DNA of 64,000 nt from Isurus oxyrinchus. Taxonomy: Eukaryota. Within the stretch, counting starts at the first letter, position 1. Every line of letters begins with the position of its first letter. Made by a program: the position numbers and the translations under genes. The notes under the pieces are model-generated. The model was given only the letters and a program-made list of their open reading frames with translations. It was not told where the DNA came from and ran no database searches. The stretch spans positions 28,148,001 to 28,212,000 of the forward strand of contig JANJGN010000026.1 in the NCBI GenBank assembly GCA_026770705.1, in the 5' to 3' direction. This document shows positions 34,455 to 48,469 of this stretch, piece by piece.

Positions 34455-37400
34455 CACTTGGCCCTGTCTGATTTTATTCTAGTCCAGACCATATATCAGG
34501 AATCACTGCACTGGATCCTGTCTCAGTTTCTATTAATCAAGACCCTGTATTAGTAAAGGTTGCACTGGACATTGTCTGAGTTTAAATTGACAAGGACTAT
34601 GTATCAATAAACACTGCACTGGACCCTGTCTCAGTTTCTATTAATCTAGACCCTGTATTAGTAATGACTGCTCTAGGCCCTGATTCAGTTTATATTAATC
34701 CAAACCCTCTATCAGTAATCATTGTAAAGGGCACTGTCTCAGTTTATATTGATCCTGATCCTGTATCATTGATCATGCACTAGCCCCTGTCCTAGTTTTT
34801 AATAATCGAGTCCCTGAGTCAGTAATCACTGCACTAGGCCCTGTCACAGTTTATATTAATCTAGATCCTCTGTCAGTAATCACTGCACTAGACACTGTCT
34901 CAGTTGACATTGATCTAGACCTGTATCAGTAATCAGTTTATATTATCACAGAATCACAGAAACACACAGTGCAGAAGAGGCCCTTCAGACCATCGAGTCT
35001 GCATCGACACATGAGAAACACCTGACCCACCTACCTAATCCCATTTACTAGCACTTGGCCCATGGCGTTGAATGTTAAGATGTGCCAAGTGCTCACCTGG
35101 GTACTTTTTAAAGGATGTGAGGCAACCTGCCTCCACCATGCTCCCAGGCAGCGCATTCCAGACCGTCCCCACCCTCTGGGTAAAAACGTTTTTCCTCACA
35201 TCCCCACTAAACCTCCTGCCCCTCACCTTGAACTTATGCCCCCTTGTGACTGACCCTTCAACTAAGGGGAACAGCTGCTCCCTATCCACCCTGTCCATGC
35301 CCCTCATAATCTTGTGCACCTCGATCAGGTCACCCCTCAGTCTTCTCTGCTCCAATGAAAACAACCCAAGTCTATCCAACCTCTCTTCATATCTTAAATG
35401 TTTCATACCAGGAAACACCCTGGTGAATCTCCTCTGCACCCCCTCCAGTGCAATCACATCCTTCCTATAAAGTGGCGACCAGAACTGCACACAATACTCC
35501 AGCTGTGTCCTCACCAAGGTTCTATACAAGTCTAACATGGCCTCCCTACTTTTGTAATCTATGCCTCGATTGATAAAGGCAAGTGTCCCATTTGCCTTTT
35601 TCACCACCCCACCAACATGCCTCTCTGCCTTCAGAGATCAATGGACACACACACCAAGGTCCCTTTCTTCCTCAGAACTTCCTAGTGTCATCCCATTCAT
35701 TGAATACTTCCTAGTCAAATTACTCCTTCTAAAGTGTATCACCTCGCACTTTTCAGGGTTAAATTCCATCTGCCACTTAACCGCCCATTTGACCATCCCA
35801 TCTATATCTTCTTGTAGCCCAAAACACTCAACCTCACTGTTAACCAACTGGCCAATCTTTGTGTCCTCTGCAAACTTACTAATCCTACCCCCCACATAGT
35901 CATCTATGTTGTTTACATAAATGCCAAATAATAGGGGACCCAGTACAGATCCCTGTGGTAAGCCACTGGACACTGCCTTCCAGTCACAAAAGCATCCTTC
36001 TGTCATCACAATCTGTCTCCTACAACTAAGCCAATTTTTCAAATTATATTCTGCCCTGCCTCAGTTTTTATGAATCTCGACTCTGTATCAGTAATCACCG
36101 TAGTAGACCTTGTCTTCCCTACATTAATTTAAAGCCTTCATCTGTAATCAATGCACTGTACCCTGCCACAGTTTATATCAATCAAGACCCCGTGTCAGTA
36201 ATCACTGCACTGGACACTGCCTCAATTTATGCTGAATGTATCAGTAGTCTCTGCATTAGACTTGTCTCAGATTATATTAATCTAGATCCTGTATCTGTAA
36301 TCTTTGTACTTGAGGTTCTCTCAGGTTATATTAATCTAGACCCTGTAACATTAATCATTGCACTAGGTCCTGTCTCAGTTTTTATTAATCAAGACCCTAT
36401 ATCAGTATTCACTGCAGTAGACACTGTCTCAGTTGATATTGATCTAAACCCTGTACCAGTAATCACTGCAGTAGACACTGTCTCAGTTGATATTGATCTC
36501 AAGCCTGTACCAGTAATCACTGCAGTAGACACTGTCTCATTTTATATTGATCTTGATACCACATCAGTTAACTCTGCACTAGACTCTGTCTCACTTTATA
36601 TTAGCCTGGTCCCTCTATCATTAATCACTGCACTAGATCCAGTCTCAGTTTATATTAATTCAGTTCCTGCAGCAGTATTCACTGCACTAGATCCAGTCTC
36701 AGTTTATATTAGTTCAGTTCCTGCAGCAGTATTCACTGCAAGAGCTCCCGTCCTAGTTATATTTATCTAGGCCCTGTATCAATGAACACTTCACCAGGGC
36801 TTGTCTCAGTTTATTTTGGTTCAGACCCTGTATCTGTAATTACTGCACAAGAGCCTGTCTCAGTTTATATTAATCAAGACTCTATTTTGGTAATCTACTG
36901 AACTAGACCCTATGTAATTTTATATCAATTTGGACTCTATATCAGTATTCACTGCACCTGAGTCTCTATCAGTTTATATTAATCTCGGCCCGGTATCAGT
37001 AATCCCTGCACTATGTCCTGCCTCAGATTTTTTTTATCAATCTAGACCCTGTAGCAGTAATCCTTGCCCGAGCCCCGTCCCAGTTATATTTATCTAGGCC
37101 CTATATCAATGCATACTTCACGAGGTCCTGTCTCAGTTTATGTTAATCAAGCTCCTTTTTCTCTAATCACTGCACTCAACCCTGTTCTGGTTATTATAAT
37201 CTGCACCCTGAATCACTGCACTTGGCCCTCTCTCAGTTTCTATTAACCTAGACCTTTTACCAGTAATCTCTGCAAAGGACCCTGCCTCAATTTATATTTA
37301 TCTCGGCCCTGTATCAGTAACCACTGCATTGGGCATTGTCTGAGTTTATATTGGTTAAGACCCTGCATCAGTAATTACTGCACAAGAACCTGTCTCAGTT

Positions 37401-40400
37401 TATATCAATCTAGATCCTGTATCAGTAATCACTGCACTCGATGTTGTCTGAGTTTATGTTGATTGAGATACTGTATTAGTAAACACTGGGCTAGACCCTG
37501 TCTCAGTTTATATTAATCTAGATCCTGTATCAGTCATCACTGCACTATGGCCTGCCTCAGTTTATATTAGTCCATACCATCTATCAGTAATAATTGTGTT
37601 AAGCCCAGTCTTAGTTTATATTAATCTAGATCCCGTATCAGTAATGACTGCACCAGGCCCTGTCTCACTTTATATTAATCCAGACCCTCTATCAGTAATC
37701 ACTGGACTTGGCCCTCTCTCTGTTTATATTAATCTAGACCCTGTATCAGTCATCACTGCACGAGGCCCTGCCTCAGTTTATATTAATCTAGGCTCTGTGT
37801 CAGTAATCGCTGCACTGGGCATTGTCTAAGTTCATATTGATTGAGATCATGTGTCAGTAATCAATGCACTCGGCCCTGCCACAGTTTATATTAAGCTAGA
37901 TGCTGTGCACTATGCCATGCCTCATTTTGTTTATAAACCTAGGCCCTGTATCAGTAATCACTGCACTAGGCCCCATCTCAGTTTACATTAATTTAGCCCC
38001 TGCAGCAGTAATCAGTGCCCGAGCCCATGTCCCAGTTATATTTATCTGGGCCCTGTGTCAGTGAACAGTGCACCAGGCCCTGTCTCAGGTTATGTTAGTT
38101 CAGACCGTGTATCAGTAACTACTGTACAAGAGCCTTTCTCAGTTTATAATAAACAAAGCCCTGTTTTAGTAATCACTGCACTCATCCCTGTTCTGGTTAT
38201 AATAATCTGCACCCGGAATCTAAAATCACTGCACTTGGCCCTCTCTCTCTGTTTCTACTAACCTAGACCCTGTATCAGTAGTCACTGCAGTATGCCCTGC
38301 CTCAGTTTATGTCAATCTCAACCCTGTATCAACAATTACTGCAAATTTCCCTGCTTTAGTTTATATCAATCTAGATCCTAAATCAGTAATCGCTGCTGTA
38401 GGCCAAGTCTCAGTTCATATTAATCAAGACCATGTATCAGTAATCACTGCACTAATTACTATCTCAGTTTTATTTTTATCAAGACCTAGGATCAGTATTC
38501 ACTGCACTAGACACTGTCTCATGTTATATTGATGTACACCCTGTAACTGTAATCACTTCAATGGACACTGTCTCAGTTTATATTGATCCTGGTCCTGTAT
38601 CATTAATCATTGCACTATCCCCTTTCCTTGTTTATGTTAGTCTAGTCCCTGTATTAGTAATCACTGCAATATGGCCTGCCTCAGTTCATATTAATCTAGA
38701 CCCTAAATCAGTAACCGCTGCACTGGGCCCTGACTCAGTTCATAGTAATTTAGGCCATGCATCAGTAATCAGTGCAATGGACACTGTCTCAGTTAATATT
38801 GATATTGATGTTTTATCATTAATCAATGCACTAGCCTCTGTCTTACTTTATATTTACCTCAGCCCTTTATCAGTTATCACTGCACTATGCCCTGCCTCCA
38901 TTTTTATCATCTAGACCCTGTATTAGTAATCACTGCACTAGGCTCTGTCTCAGGTTATATTAATCTTGACCCTGTATCAGTAATCACTGCACTGGACACT
39001 GTCTCAGTTTATATTAATCCGGACCCTGTATCAGTAATCGTGGCATTACAGCTGTCTCATTTTATATAAATCAAACCCTGTATAATAATCAGTGCAATGG
39101 ACACCCTCACTTAATATTGATCTAGACCCTGTGTCAGTAATCACTGCACTAACTGCTGTCCTCATTTTTATTTATCTTGACCCTGCATCAGTAATCACTG
39201 CACTATCAATCTTATATCAATCCAGGTCCTGTATCAATAATAACTTCGCTGGACCCTGTCTCCATTTATATTAGTCCACATCTTTTATCAATAATGACAG
39301 AGCTAGAGAATGCCTCCATTTATATGCGTCCAGACCCTGTATCAGTAATCACTGCACCAGCCCCTGTTTCTGTTTATATTGATCTAGACCCTGTGTCAGT
39401 AATCACTGCATTAGACCCAGCATCAGCTTATATCAATCTAAACCCTATAGCAGTAATCACTGCACTTGGCCTGTCTCATGTTCTATTAATCTAGACCCTG
39501 TATCAGTAATCACTGCACTAGACCCTATCCCAGTTTATATTGATCTAGACCCTATATCATAATCAGTGCAATGGACAGTGTCTCATTTTATATTAATCTA
39601 GGTCCTGTATCAGTAATCCCTGCAGTTTGCCATGCCTCCATTTATATCAATCTATATCCTGCATCAGTAATTACTGCACTAGACCTTAAATCAGTTTATA
39701 TTAGTCCAGAACCTGTATCAGTAATGACAGAACTAGGGAATGCCTCAGTTTATTTTAGTCCAGACACTGTAACAGTGATCATTGCACTAGCCCCTGCCCC
39801 AGTTTATATTTATCTAGACCTTGTATCAATGATCACTGCACAATGCCCTGTTTCAGTTTATATCAAGCTAGAGCCTGTATCAATAATCACTCTACTGGAC
39901 ACTGCCTCCGTTTATATTGATCTAGACCATGTATCAGTAATCACTGCACTTGGTTCTGTCCCAGTTTATATTAATCTAGAGCCTTTATGAGTAGTCATTG
40001 CACTAGCCTTTGCATCAGTTTATATCAACCTAGACCTGGTAACAGTAATCACTGCACTTGGCCGCATCTCAAGTTTTATTAATCTAGACCCTGTATCAGT
40101 AATCACTGCACTGGACACTGTCTCAGTTTTTATTGATCTGCACTCTGCATCGGTAATCATTGCACCAGTCCCTGTCCTATTTTATTTTTATGTCAGCCCT
40201 GTATGAGCAATCACTGCACTATGGCTTGTCTCAATGTATATCAATCTTTGACCCTGTATCAGTAATCACTACATTGGACATTGTCTGAATTTATATTGAT
40301 CAAGATCCTGTATCTATAAACACTGGACCAGACCCTGTCCCAGTTTATATTAATCTCAATCCTGTGTCTGTAATTACTGCACTCGAGCATGTCTCAGTTC

Positions 40401-40576
40401 ATATTAATCTAGATCCTGTATCAGTCATCAATGCATGTGAGCCTGTCTCAGTTTACATTAATCTAGACCCTGTATCAGTAAGCATTGCATTAGGCCCTGT
40501 CTCAGTTCATGATAATCTAGACCCTCCATTAGTAATCACTGCACTAGGCACTGTCTCAGTTTATATCAATCTGGAT
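34455..40576. repeat. 54-bp (2x27) higher-order satellite, interrupted by CR1
   Basis: Alternating GTCTCAGTTTATATTAATCTAGACCCT and GTATCAGTAATCACTGCACTAGACCCT; source of the VSVYINLDP/VSVITALDP ORFs. Confidence 0.95.
34945..36042 (-). mobile_element. 5'-truncated CR1 LINE, well-preserved RT 3' half
   Basis: SGLPQGSVLGPLLF...ISKFAEDTK...WQMEFNPEKCEVIHF; YRTLVRTQLEYCVQFWSP...NVFTQRVGTVWNALP. Confidence 0.93.
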
Positions 40577-41893
40577 AAAGCAAAATAGTGCGGATGCTCA
40601 AACTCTGAAAGGAAACCATAAAATGCTGGAAAATCACAGCAGGTCTGACAGCACCTGTGGTGAGAGAAGCAGAACTAACTTCCTGAGACCGTACGACCTT
40701 CCTCAGAGCTAAAGAAAAGTCAAAATGTGATGACATTTGCTGCTTAAGCAAGATGGAGCAGGTCAGGCTGGATAGAAGGCAAGCAATAGGCGGGGGTAAG
40801 GTGACACTGACAAAAATATCATAGGCAAAAAGAAAAAGAGAGTGTTAATGGCAGTGGTAAGGACAAAGTAGGTGCTAATGCAGTCATATAGGTAAGAAAG
40901 CAGAATGTATTAACAGCAGAGCCAGAATCAGCACACTGTGAAAGAACAACATGGAACAAGTAACTGATGGCCCTTTTGGGGGTGTGATAGGGGGAAAGGG
41001 CGGTGGTTGTGGATAAACGGTACAAAAAGGAATAAAAAGGGGATAAAAAAGAGGATACAACAATGAATAAATGAATAAGGCTGCAAAGTGCAAAATCGGA
41101 AGATGAGTTTCTGTTCCTCTACTTTGCACTGGGCTTCACTGGGACAATGTAGCAGGTCAAAGAGGGACATGTGGGTATCAGAGAAGGATGGTATATTGAA
41201 ATTGCAAGCGACAGGAAAGTCTAGGTCATGCTTGCAGATAGACTGAAGGTGTTCCACAAAGCGACCTGCAGTGTCCCCAATCTAGTGGAGACTGCATTGG
41301 GAGCAGCGAATGCAGTAGACCAAATTAAAGGAGGTGCAATGAAGCGGTGCTTCACCTGAAATGAATGTTTGGGCCTTTGGATGGTGAGGAGGGAGGAGGT
41401 AAAGGGACAGGTGTTGCATCTTCTCTGATTGTTTGGGAAGGTGCCATGGGAAGGGGATGAGGAGTTGCAGGTGCTGGAGGAGTGGACCAGGGTTTTCCAG
41501 AGGGAACGGTCCCTGTGGAATGCTGACAGGGGTGGGGGTGGGGGTGGAGTGATGAAGGGAAGGTGTGTTTGATGGTAGCATCATGTTGGAGTTAGCGGAA
41601 ATGGTGGAGGATGATCCTTTGAATGCGGGGGTGGTGGGATGAAATGTGAGGAAAAGGGGGAACTTATCATGATTCTGGGAGAGAGAGGGGAATGTGTGAA
41701 AGCAGAGATGCAGGAGATTGGTCGGACATGGTTGAGGGCCCTGTCAACCACAGTGTCTGATAAACCTTGCTTAAGGAAGGAGGAAGGCATTTCAGAAGCA
41801 TCATTTTAGAAAGTGGCATCATCGGAACAGATGTGAAGGAGGCGAACGAAATGAGAGAATGGGATGGCATTTTTCCAGCATTTTCTGTTTTTA
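40577..41893 (-). mobile_element. Penelope-like element fragment inserted in the satellite
   Basis: CTSFNLVYCIRCSQC and EHLQSICKHDLDFPVACNFN GIY-YIG motifs; terminal repeat at 40577-40740. Confidence 0.82.
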
Positions 41894-42504
41894 TATCAAC
41901 CTAGACCCTGTATCAGAAATTATTGCATTGGACACCTCCTTCGCTGACATTAATCTCAGCCCTGTATAAGTAATCACTTCCCTAGACCCTGTCTCAGTTT
42001 ATATCACTCTAAACCCTGAATCAGTAATCACTGCACTAGGCCCTGTCTCAGCTTATGTTAATCAAGGCCCCTTTTTAATAATTCCTATAGATCCCCTGTT
42101 CAATTTATTTCACACCCTCATTTGTAATTGTAACCGCTAGATTACACTTTGCTTTAGTGATTGTTGTACCGGTGAACGTCACTGTTAATAGTACAATGGA
42201 CCCTATCTTGTCTATTACTGCAGCCGTCCATATCTCTACTTGTGTTGCAATTGGTCCTTTCCCAGTTATCACTGCACCTGACCCTGCTGCTTTTTTATCA
42301 TTAGGTCTTGCACCAGTTATTACTACATTAGGCCAAGCTTCTGTGGGCACTCAAATTAATCCTTTTCCAGTTCGCACTGTAGTACAACCATTCTTTAATT
42401 TATATTTCACAGCACCTTGTGTTTCATTATTTTACACTGCACCATGCTTCAGTGATCACTGTCCTTGTCCCAATGACATTGTCTCAGTGATGACTGTACT
42501 GGAC

Positions 42505-43185
42505 CATACAAGCATACGAGCATATGAAAAAAGACAGGAGTAGGCCATTCAGCCCCTCGAGCCTGCTCCGCCATTTAATAAGATCATGGCTGATCTGACA
42601 GTAACATGAAATCTGCATCCCGCCTACCCCCGATAACCTATCACCCCCTTGCTTACCAAAAATCTATCCACCTCTGCCTTAAAAATATTCAAAGGCTCTG
42701 CTTCCACTGCCTTTTTAGGGAGAGAGTCCCAAAGACTCACGACCCTGAGAGAGAAAAAATATTCACCTCATCTCCGTTTCACATGGGCGACCCCTATTTT
42801 TAAACAGTGACCCCCTAGTTCTGGATTCTACCACAAGAGGAAACATCTTCTCCACATCCACCCTGTCAAGACCCCTCAGGATCTTATATGTTTCAGTCAA
42901 GTCGCCTCTTACTCTTCTAAACCCCAGAAGATATAAGCCTAGCCTGTCCAACCATTCCTCAGTAGGCAACCCACCCATTCCAAGTGTTAATCTAATTAAC
43001 CTTCTCTGAACCTCTTACAACACATTTACATCCTTCCTTAAATAAGGCGACCAATACAGTACACAGTACATGAAACATGATCTCACTGGTGTCCTGTATA
43101 ACTGAAGCATAACTTCCGTACATTTGTATTCAATTCCCCTTGCAATAAATGATAACATTCTATTAGCTTTCCCAATTATTTACCA
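42505..43185 (-). mobile_element. CR1 LINE 3' fragment
   Basis: LDRLGLYLLGFRRVRGDLTETYKILRGLDRVDVEKMFP. Confidence 0.85.
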
Positions 43186-43459
43186 TTTCTCCTTTTATCT
43201 TTTTCTCAGTGCTGTATCTGTGTATATAACGCTATCTGCAGTTTAACTTATTAATGCACTGGACCATGCCTCAATATACACTACAATTGACCTTTTCTCA
43301 GTTATTACTGCACTAGACTATGTCTCTGTCTCTATTACATTATATGATGCTTCATTTATTAATGCATATAGCCGTGCCTCTATATATACTGCAAGTGACA
43401 ATTTCTGAGCTGCTGTTGCATTGCACAAAGTCTCCGTTTGTATTATATTAGCATTCACC

Positions 43460-44620
43460 TGACAACCAACTTGTGAGAAAAGTTATTGCTCATGGAATAA
43501 AAGGGACAGAAGCAATGTGTATACAAAATTAGCTGCAAAAAAAGGAAGCAGGGCGTAATGGTCAATTGATGTTTTTCGGGCTGGAGGAAGGTTTGTAGTG
43601 GAGTTCCCCAGGGGTCGGTATTGAGACCCTTGCTTTTCCTGATATGTATTAATGATCTAGGCCTTTGTGTGCAGGGGACAATTTGAAAGTTTGTGGATGA
43701 TACGAAGTTTGGGAGTGTTGCAAACTGCCAGGAGAACAGTGTGAAATGTCAAGAGGACACAGGCAAGTTGGTGGAGTGGGCAGATAGGTGGCAGATGAAG
43801 TTCAATGTGGGGAAGTGTGAGGTGATGCATTTTTGTAGGAGGAACATGGACAGACAATATAAAATGAGGGGTGGAGTTTTGAAAGGAGTGCAGGAGCAAA
43901 AGGATTTGGGTGTATATATGCATAGATCACTGAATGTGGCAGGACAGGTGGAGAGAGCAGTTCATAAAGCATATAGTATCCTGGGTTCTATTAATAGGGG
44001 CATAGAGTACAAGGGAAGGGGGGTTATGCTGAATTTATATAAGACCCTCATTAGACCTCAGCTGGAATATTTTGTAATGTCCTTGGTACCATATTATAGG
44101 AAGGGTGTGAAGATATTGGAGAGAGTGCAGAAGAGGTTTACAAGAATATTCCCAGGGATGAGAAACTTCAGTTATGAGGATAGATTGGAGAAGTTGGGAT
44201 TGTGTTTCATGAGAGGAGAAGGCTGAGGGGAGATTTGATTGAAGTTTTAAAAATCATGAGTGGGCTGGACAGGGCAGAGAGGAAGAAGTTGTTCCCATTC
44301 GTAAAATGATAAAGAACGAGAGGACACAGGTTTAAAGTGATTTGCAAAAGAAGCAAATGTGAAGTGAGAAAAAGCTTTTTCACACGAGTGGCTCGGGTCT
44401 GGAATACACTGCCTGGAAGTGTGAGGGAGTGAGGTTCAATTGAGGCATTCAAGAGGGCATTAAATGATTATTTGAATTGAATTGAAATAGAAAGTGCAAG
44501 GGTACAGGGAAAAGTCAGGGCAATGGCATTAGGTCAGAATGCTCATTTGGAGAGCCGAGACAGATAAGATGGGCTGAATGGCCTCTTTCTGTGCCATTAA
44601 AGTTCTGTGATTCTATGATC
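43460..44620 (+). mobile_element. CR1 LINE 3' part
   Basis: [40 protein letters not shown]; GATTCTATGA tail. Confidence 0.9.
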
Positions 44621-45236
44621 CTGTGATATTATTGTATTAGGCTGCTTCATTCATTACTGTAATCTTCTATGTTTCACCTTATATTATAAAGGGCTTATCC
44701 CATTTATTAATACACTAGACCAAGTCTCAGTTATTACTGCACTATAAAAGGTCTCTGCTAACTGGATAGAGTTGGAGAGAGAGCCAGTTGGATAGGTGGG
44801 TATTAATTTTAAAATGTTATAATATCCTGTCGGTAAAAAGGTTTTGAAAGAATACATTTAGTCTTCTAACTAGCTATTAGATGTTGTGTGAAATTTCTCA
44901 TTACTCTGGTGTGATGTGTATAATGTTTGTGTTGAAATGTTGGGGTGAATCTTGTAGCATTCCCTTCATCAGTGAGGTTGAGGAATAGAAACAAAGATGA
45001 ACCACATTGCACTGCACATTGCACTACTTAGTCACAAACTGCATTGTGTTAGAGATGACTAATTCATACTTGAGTTGATCAGTGGCAATTGCTCACAGTT
45101 TTCTTTAATTTCCAGATATTTTTCACTTTTCAAATCGGAATTTCTGTTTGCTTTTGGTGTGGCCACTGATTGTGAGAGACAGGGTCTGAAGCCGCATCCT
45201 CAGGCAAATGAGAGGACACAGGCTCCTAATAACCAA

Positions 45237-46363
45237 AACAAAAATAAAAATACCTGGAAAAACTCAGCAGGTCTGGCAGCTTCTGCAGAGAGGAACACAA
45301 TTAACGTTTCGAGTCCATATGATTCTTCAACAGAACAAAGTAAAAATAGAAAAGAGGTGAAATGTAAGATGGCTTAAGGGGGTGGGGTGGGGGGGGGGGT
45401 TCGGGGATGGGATAGGTAGAGCTGGTAGAGGGCCAGTGATAGGTGGAGATAGCCAAAAGATGTCATAGACAAAAGGACAAAGAGGTGTTGAAGGTGGTGA
45501 TATTATCTAAGCAATGTGCTAATTAAGGGTACAAAGCAGGACAAGCAAGGTACTGATAGCCCTAGTGGGGTGGGGTAAAGGGAAGGGATCGAAATAGGCT
45601 AAAAGGTAGAGATAAAATAATGGATGGAAGTACATTTAAAAATAATAGAAATAGATGGGAAAAGAAGAATCTATATAAATTATTGTAAAAAAAAGGGGGG
45701 GCATCAGAATGGGAGTGGGGATGGAGGAGAGAGTTCATGATCTAAAATTGTTGAACTTAATATTCAGTCCGGAAGGCTGTAAATTGCGTAGTTGGAAGAA
45801 TATTGAGTTCAACAATTTGAGATAATGAACTCTCTCCTCCATCCCCACCCCCTTTCTGATCCCCCTTTTTTTCCAACAATTTATGTAGATTTTTCTTTTC
45901 CCACCTATTTCCATTATTTTTAAATGTATTTCCATCCATTGTTTTATCTCTACCTTTTAGCCTATTTCGATCCCTTCCCTTCACCCCACCCCCACCAGGG
46001 CTATCTGTACCTTGCTTGTCCTGCTTTCTACCCTTAATTAGCACATTCCTTAGATAATATCACCACCTTCAACACCTCTTTGTCCTTTTTTCTATGACAT
46101 CTTTTGGCAGTCTCCACCTATCACTGGCCCTCTATCCAGCTCTACCTGTCCCACACACACCGCGCCCCCCCCCCCCCCCACCGCTTCAACCAGCTTTTAT
46201 TTCACCTATTTTCTATTTTTACTTATTTCTGTTGAAGAGTCATATGGACTCGAAATGTTAACTGTGTTCCTCTCCACAGATGCTGCCAGACCTACTGAGT
46301 TTTTCCAGATATTTTTATTTTTGTTTTGGATTTCCAGCAATGACAGTTTTTTGCTTTTATTTT
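45237..46363. mobile_element. Penelope-derived fold-back insertion with 16-bp TSD
   Basis: GGCTCCTAATAACCAA at 45221-45236 and 46364-46379; ~530-bp inverted arms (45237-45765 and 45798-46326). Confidence 0.9.
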
Positions 46364-46399
46364 GGCTCCTAATAACCAATGTCCTTTTGAGTGAAAGGA

Positions 46400-46600
46400 G
46401 TTTGTGTGTGTGTGTGTGTGTGTGCATATGTGTGTGTCACTGTGTGTGTGTGTGTGTCTGTGTGTGTGTGCATATGTGTATTTCACTGTGTGTGTGTCTG
46501 TGTGTGTCGGTGTGTCACTGTTTGTGTGTCTGCGTGGCTGTGTGTGCATGTGGCTGTGTGTGTGAGAATGTGTGCAGCTGTATTGTGTGGTTGTGGATGC
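46400..46600. repeat. (TG)n microsatellite tract
   Basis: Alternating TG run. Confidence 0.92.
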
Positions 46601-48469
46601 GGGTAAGTCTAGAACATGTCATGCTTCTTTGCTTGTAAAAGACATTATAATTATTTTTCAGCACGTTACAATAGTTTATTGAGAATATATTTATATGCTG
46701 CCTTTGCTGCCGTTAATACTTATCGGTAATGCATTGTCTTGAGTGCTCTGGAAAGTAATGCCAAGCTGGCCATTCCGTTGTAAAGGAAAATACATCTTTC
46801 AAATGACTCACTGAACTTCTTCCCTCTCTTCCTCTGTCTCAGACTACACCTAAATCAGTTAACCTCTCTTCTCTCTCTCAGACTTCACTTAACTCACTTA
46901 CACAGACTCACAAGGGCTGTATCTGGCAGCTACGAGGAACCAATATTTAAATCTTTTGCTTAAGTCACATTATCGCTGAAAAGATTAAGCGCCTAAAGGT
47001 CAGCAGAGGAAAATTCAGTGCCATAAAGCTCACTCACTTAACCTCTCTCCTCTTTTTCTCTCAGACAGCACCAAATCATCTTAAAACTTTCCATTTCAGA
47101 ATAATCCCCTGTGAGCGGTATTATTGTTTTAATTTCCCCTCTTTTCTCCCAGTGATAACCTTCAGTCCATCCCGCCTTCGGTTAATATGTTATAACCAAA
47201 GCAATCTCATTTATTTAATTCTTTAAAATGAGAATTGAGGTGATTATAATGCTGAGACTAGCAGCAATCTGTGTGGTTGTTCTTGATGCTGTTAGAGTGA
47301 GTTCACCCTCACAGGCAGGAAGACTGTTCACGGTGATAACATGAAACTGACGCCTGTTGTTTCATTCTCAGGTAACACAACTTCCTGTTTCTCTGCTGCC
47401 GGTTCTAAACCGCACATCTCACTTCTGAGCAGAAAATAAATCCAGGGGCCACAATCTGGTGAGAACATCTGTCAAGGTGGCTTATATCTGGCCACAGAGT
47501 CAGGGCAGAGTCACACAGATCACATTGCGGTGACATTTACAAATGAGCCTGCGTGATCCGTTTAGAGCTTCCATTTCCAGAATATCACTGGATGGTCAGT
47601 CACTGAGCTCTCAAGTCCCCGCAACGGGGAAATGAGATCTTGCTACCTTTCATTTTACGTTGTCATGCTCCACCACCCGCCCCCACTCTAACTCCCCCTC
47701 CACACCCCACCAACACCACCCCCCTCCCACCACCCCCGCCACCCGCCACGCAGACACGCTCCCTGCACATACACTTTCCCTCCAAACTTGTTTCCTCTGT
47801 TTCTCTGCAACATTCCGTCTCCCTTTTTCATTTTTATGTTTCATTTTCAGTTTTATCTCTGTTTATTTCTCTAGTGCATCTCTCTCCACCTCTCTGTGTG
47901 TCTATTAAATAGAAGCGTTCAAAATCATGAAAGTTTCGATAGAGTGAATAAAGAGAGATCATTTCAACTGATAGGAGGGTCGGTAACCAGCGGACGCAAA
48001 TTTACTTTTTGAACAGGAAGGCAGGAGGATAACTGTTTATTTTTTAACACGGTGAGTTGTTCTGAACTGGAAACACAGCTTGAAAGTGTGATGGAATCAG
48101 GTTAATAGTAACTTTGTAAAATGAATTATATAAATACTTAATGGGGTTAAAATTTGAAGGATTACAGGGAATGGGACCAATTGAAATGCTCATCTATATC
48201 ATTGCCCCAGCACCTTTTCTGTATCTAACTCTGTCCCTCATTGAGGCCGAATGAAATGCAATAATTATACAGCTTTCGTCTTTGCTCATCCTGTCTTTTG
48301 ACAGCGCTTGAGTGTGTGTGTGTAGATAATTGCCAGGAATCATTCAGAAGTTCACTACTATTTACAAACCACTACTTTGTACAAAATAACACTGAATAGA
48401 GCTCGTTTAGTCGAAAGCACGATTATCTTTAACATTTTCGGCTCTGATTCTTCCTCTGGTGAGGTTTTG

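Noticed and set aside
36192-40588. Long ORFs with 9-aa repeats (VSVYINLDP/VSVITALDP)
   Set aside because: Translation of the 27/54-bp satellite; frequent stops and frameshifts, no splice or promoter context, and transposon insertions
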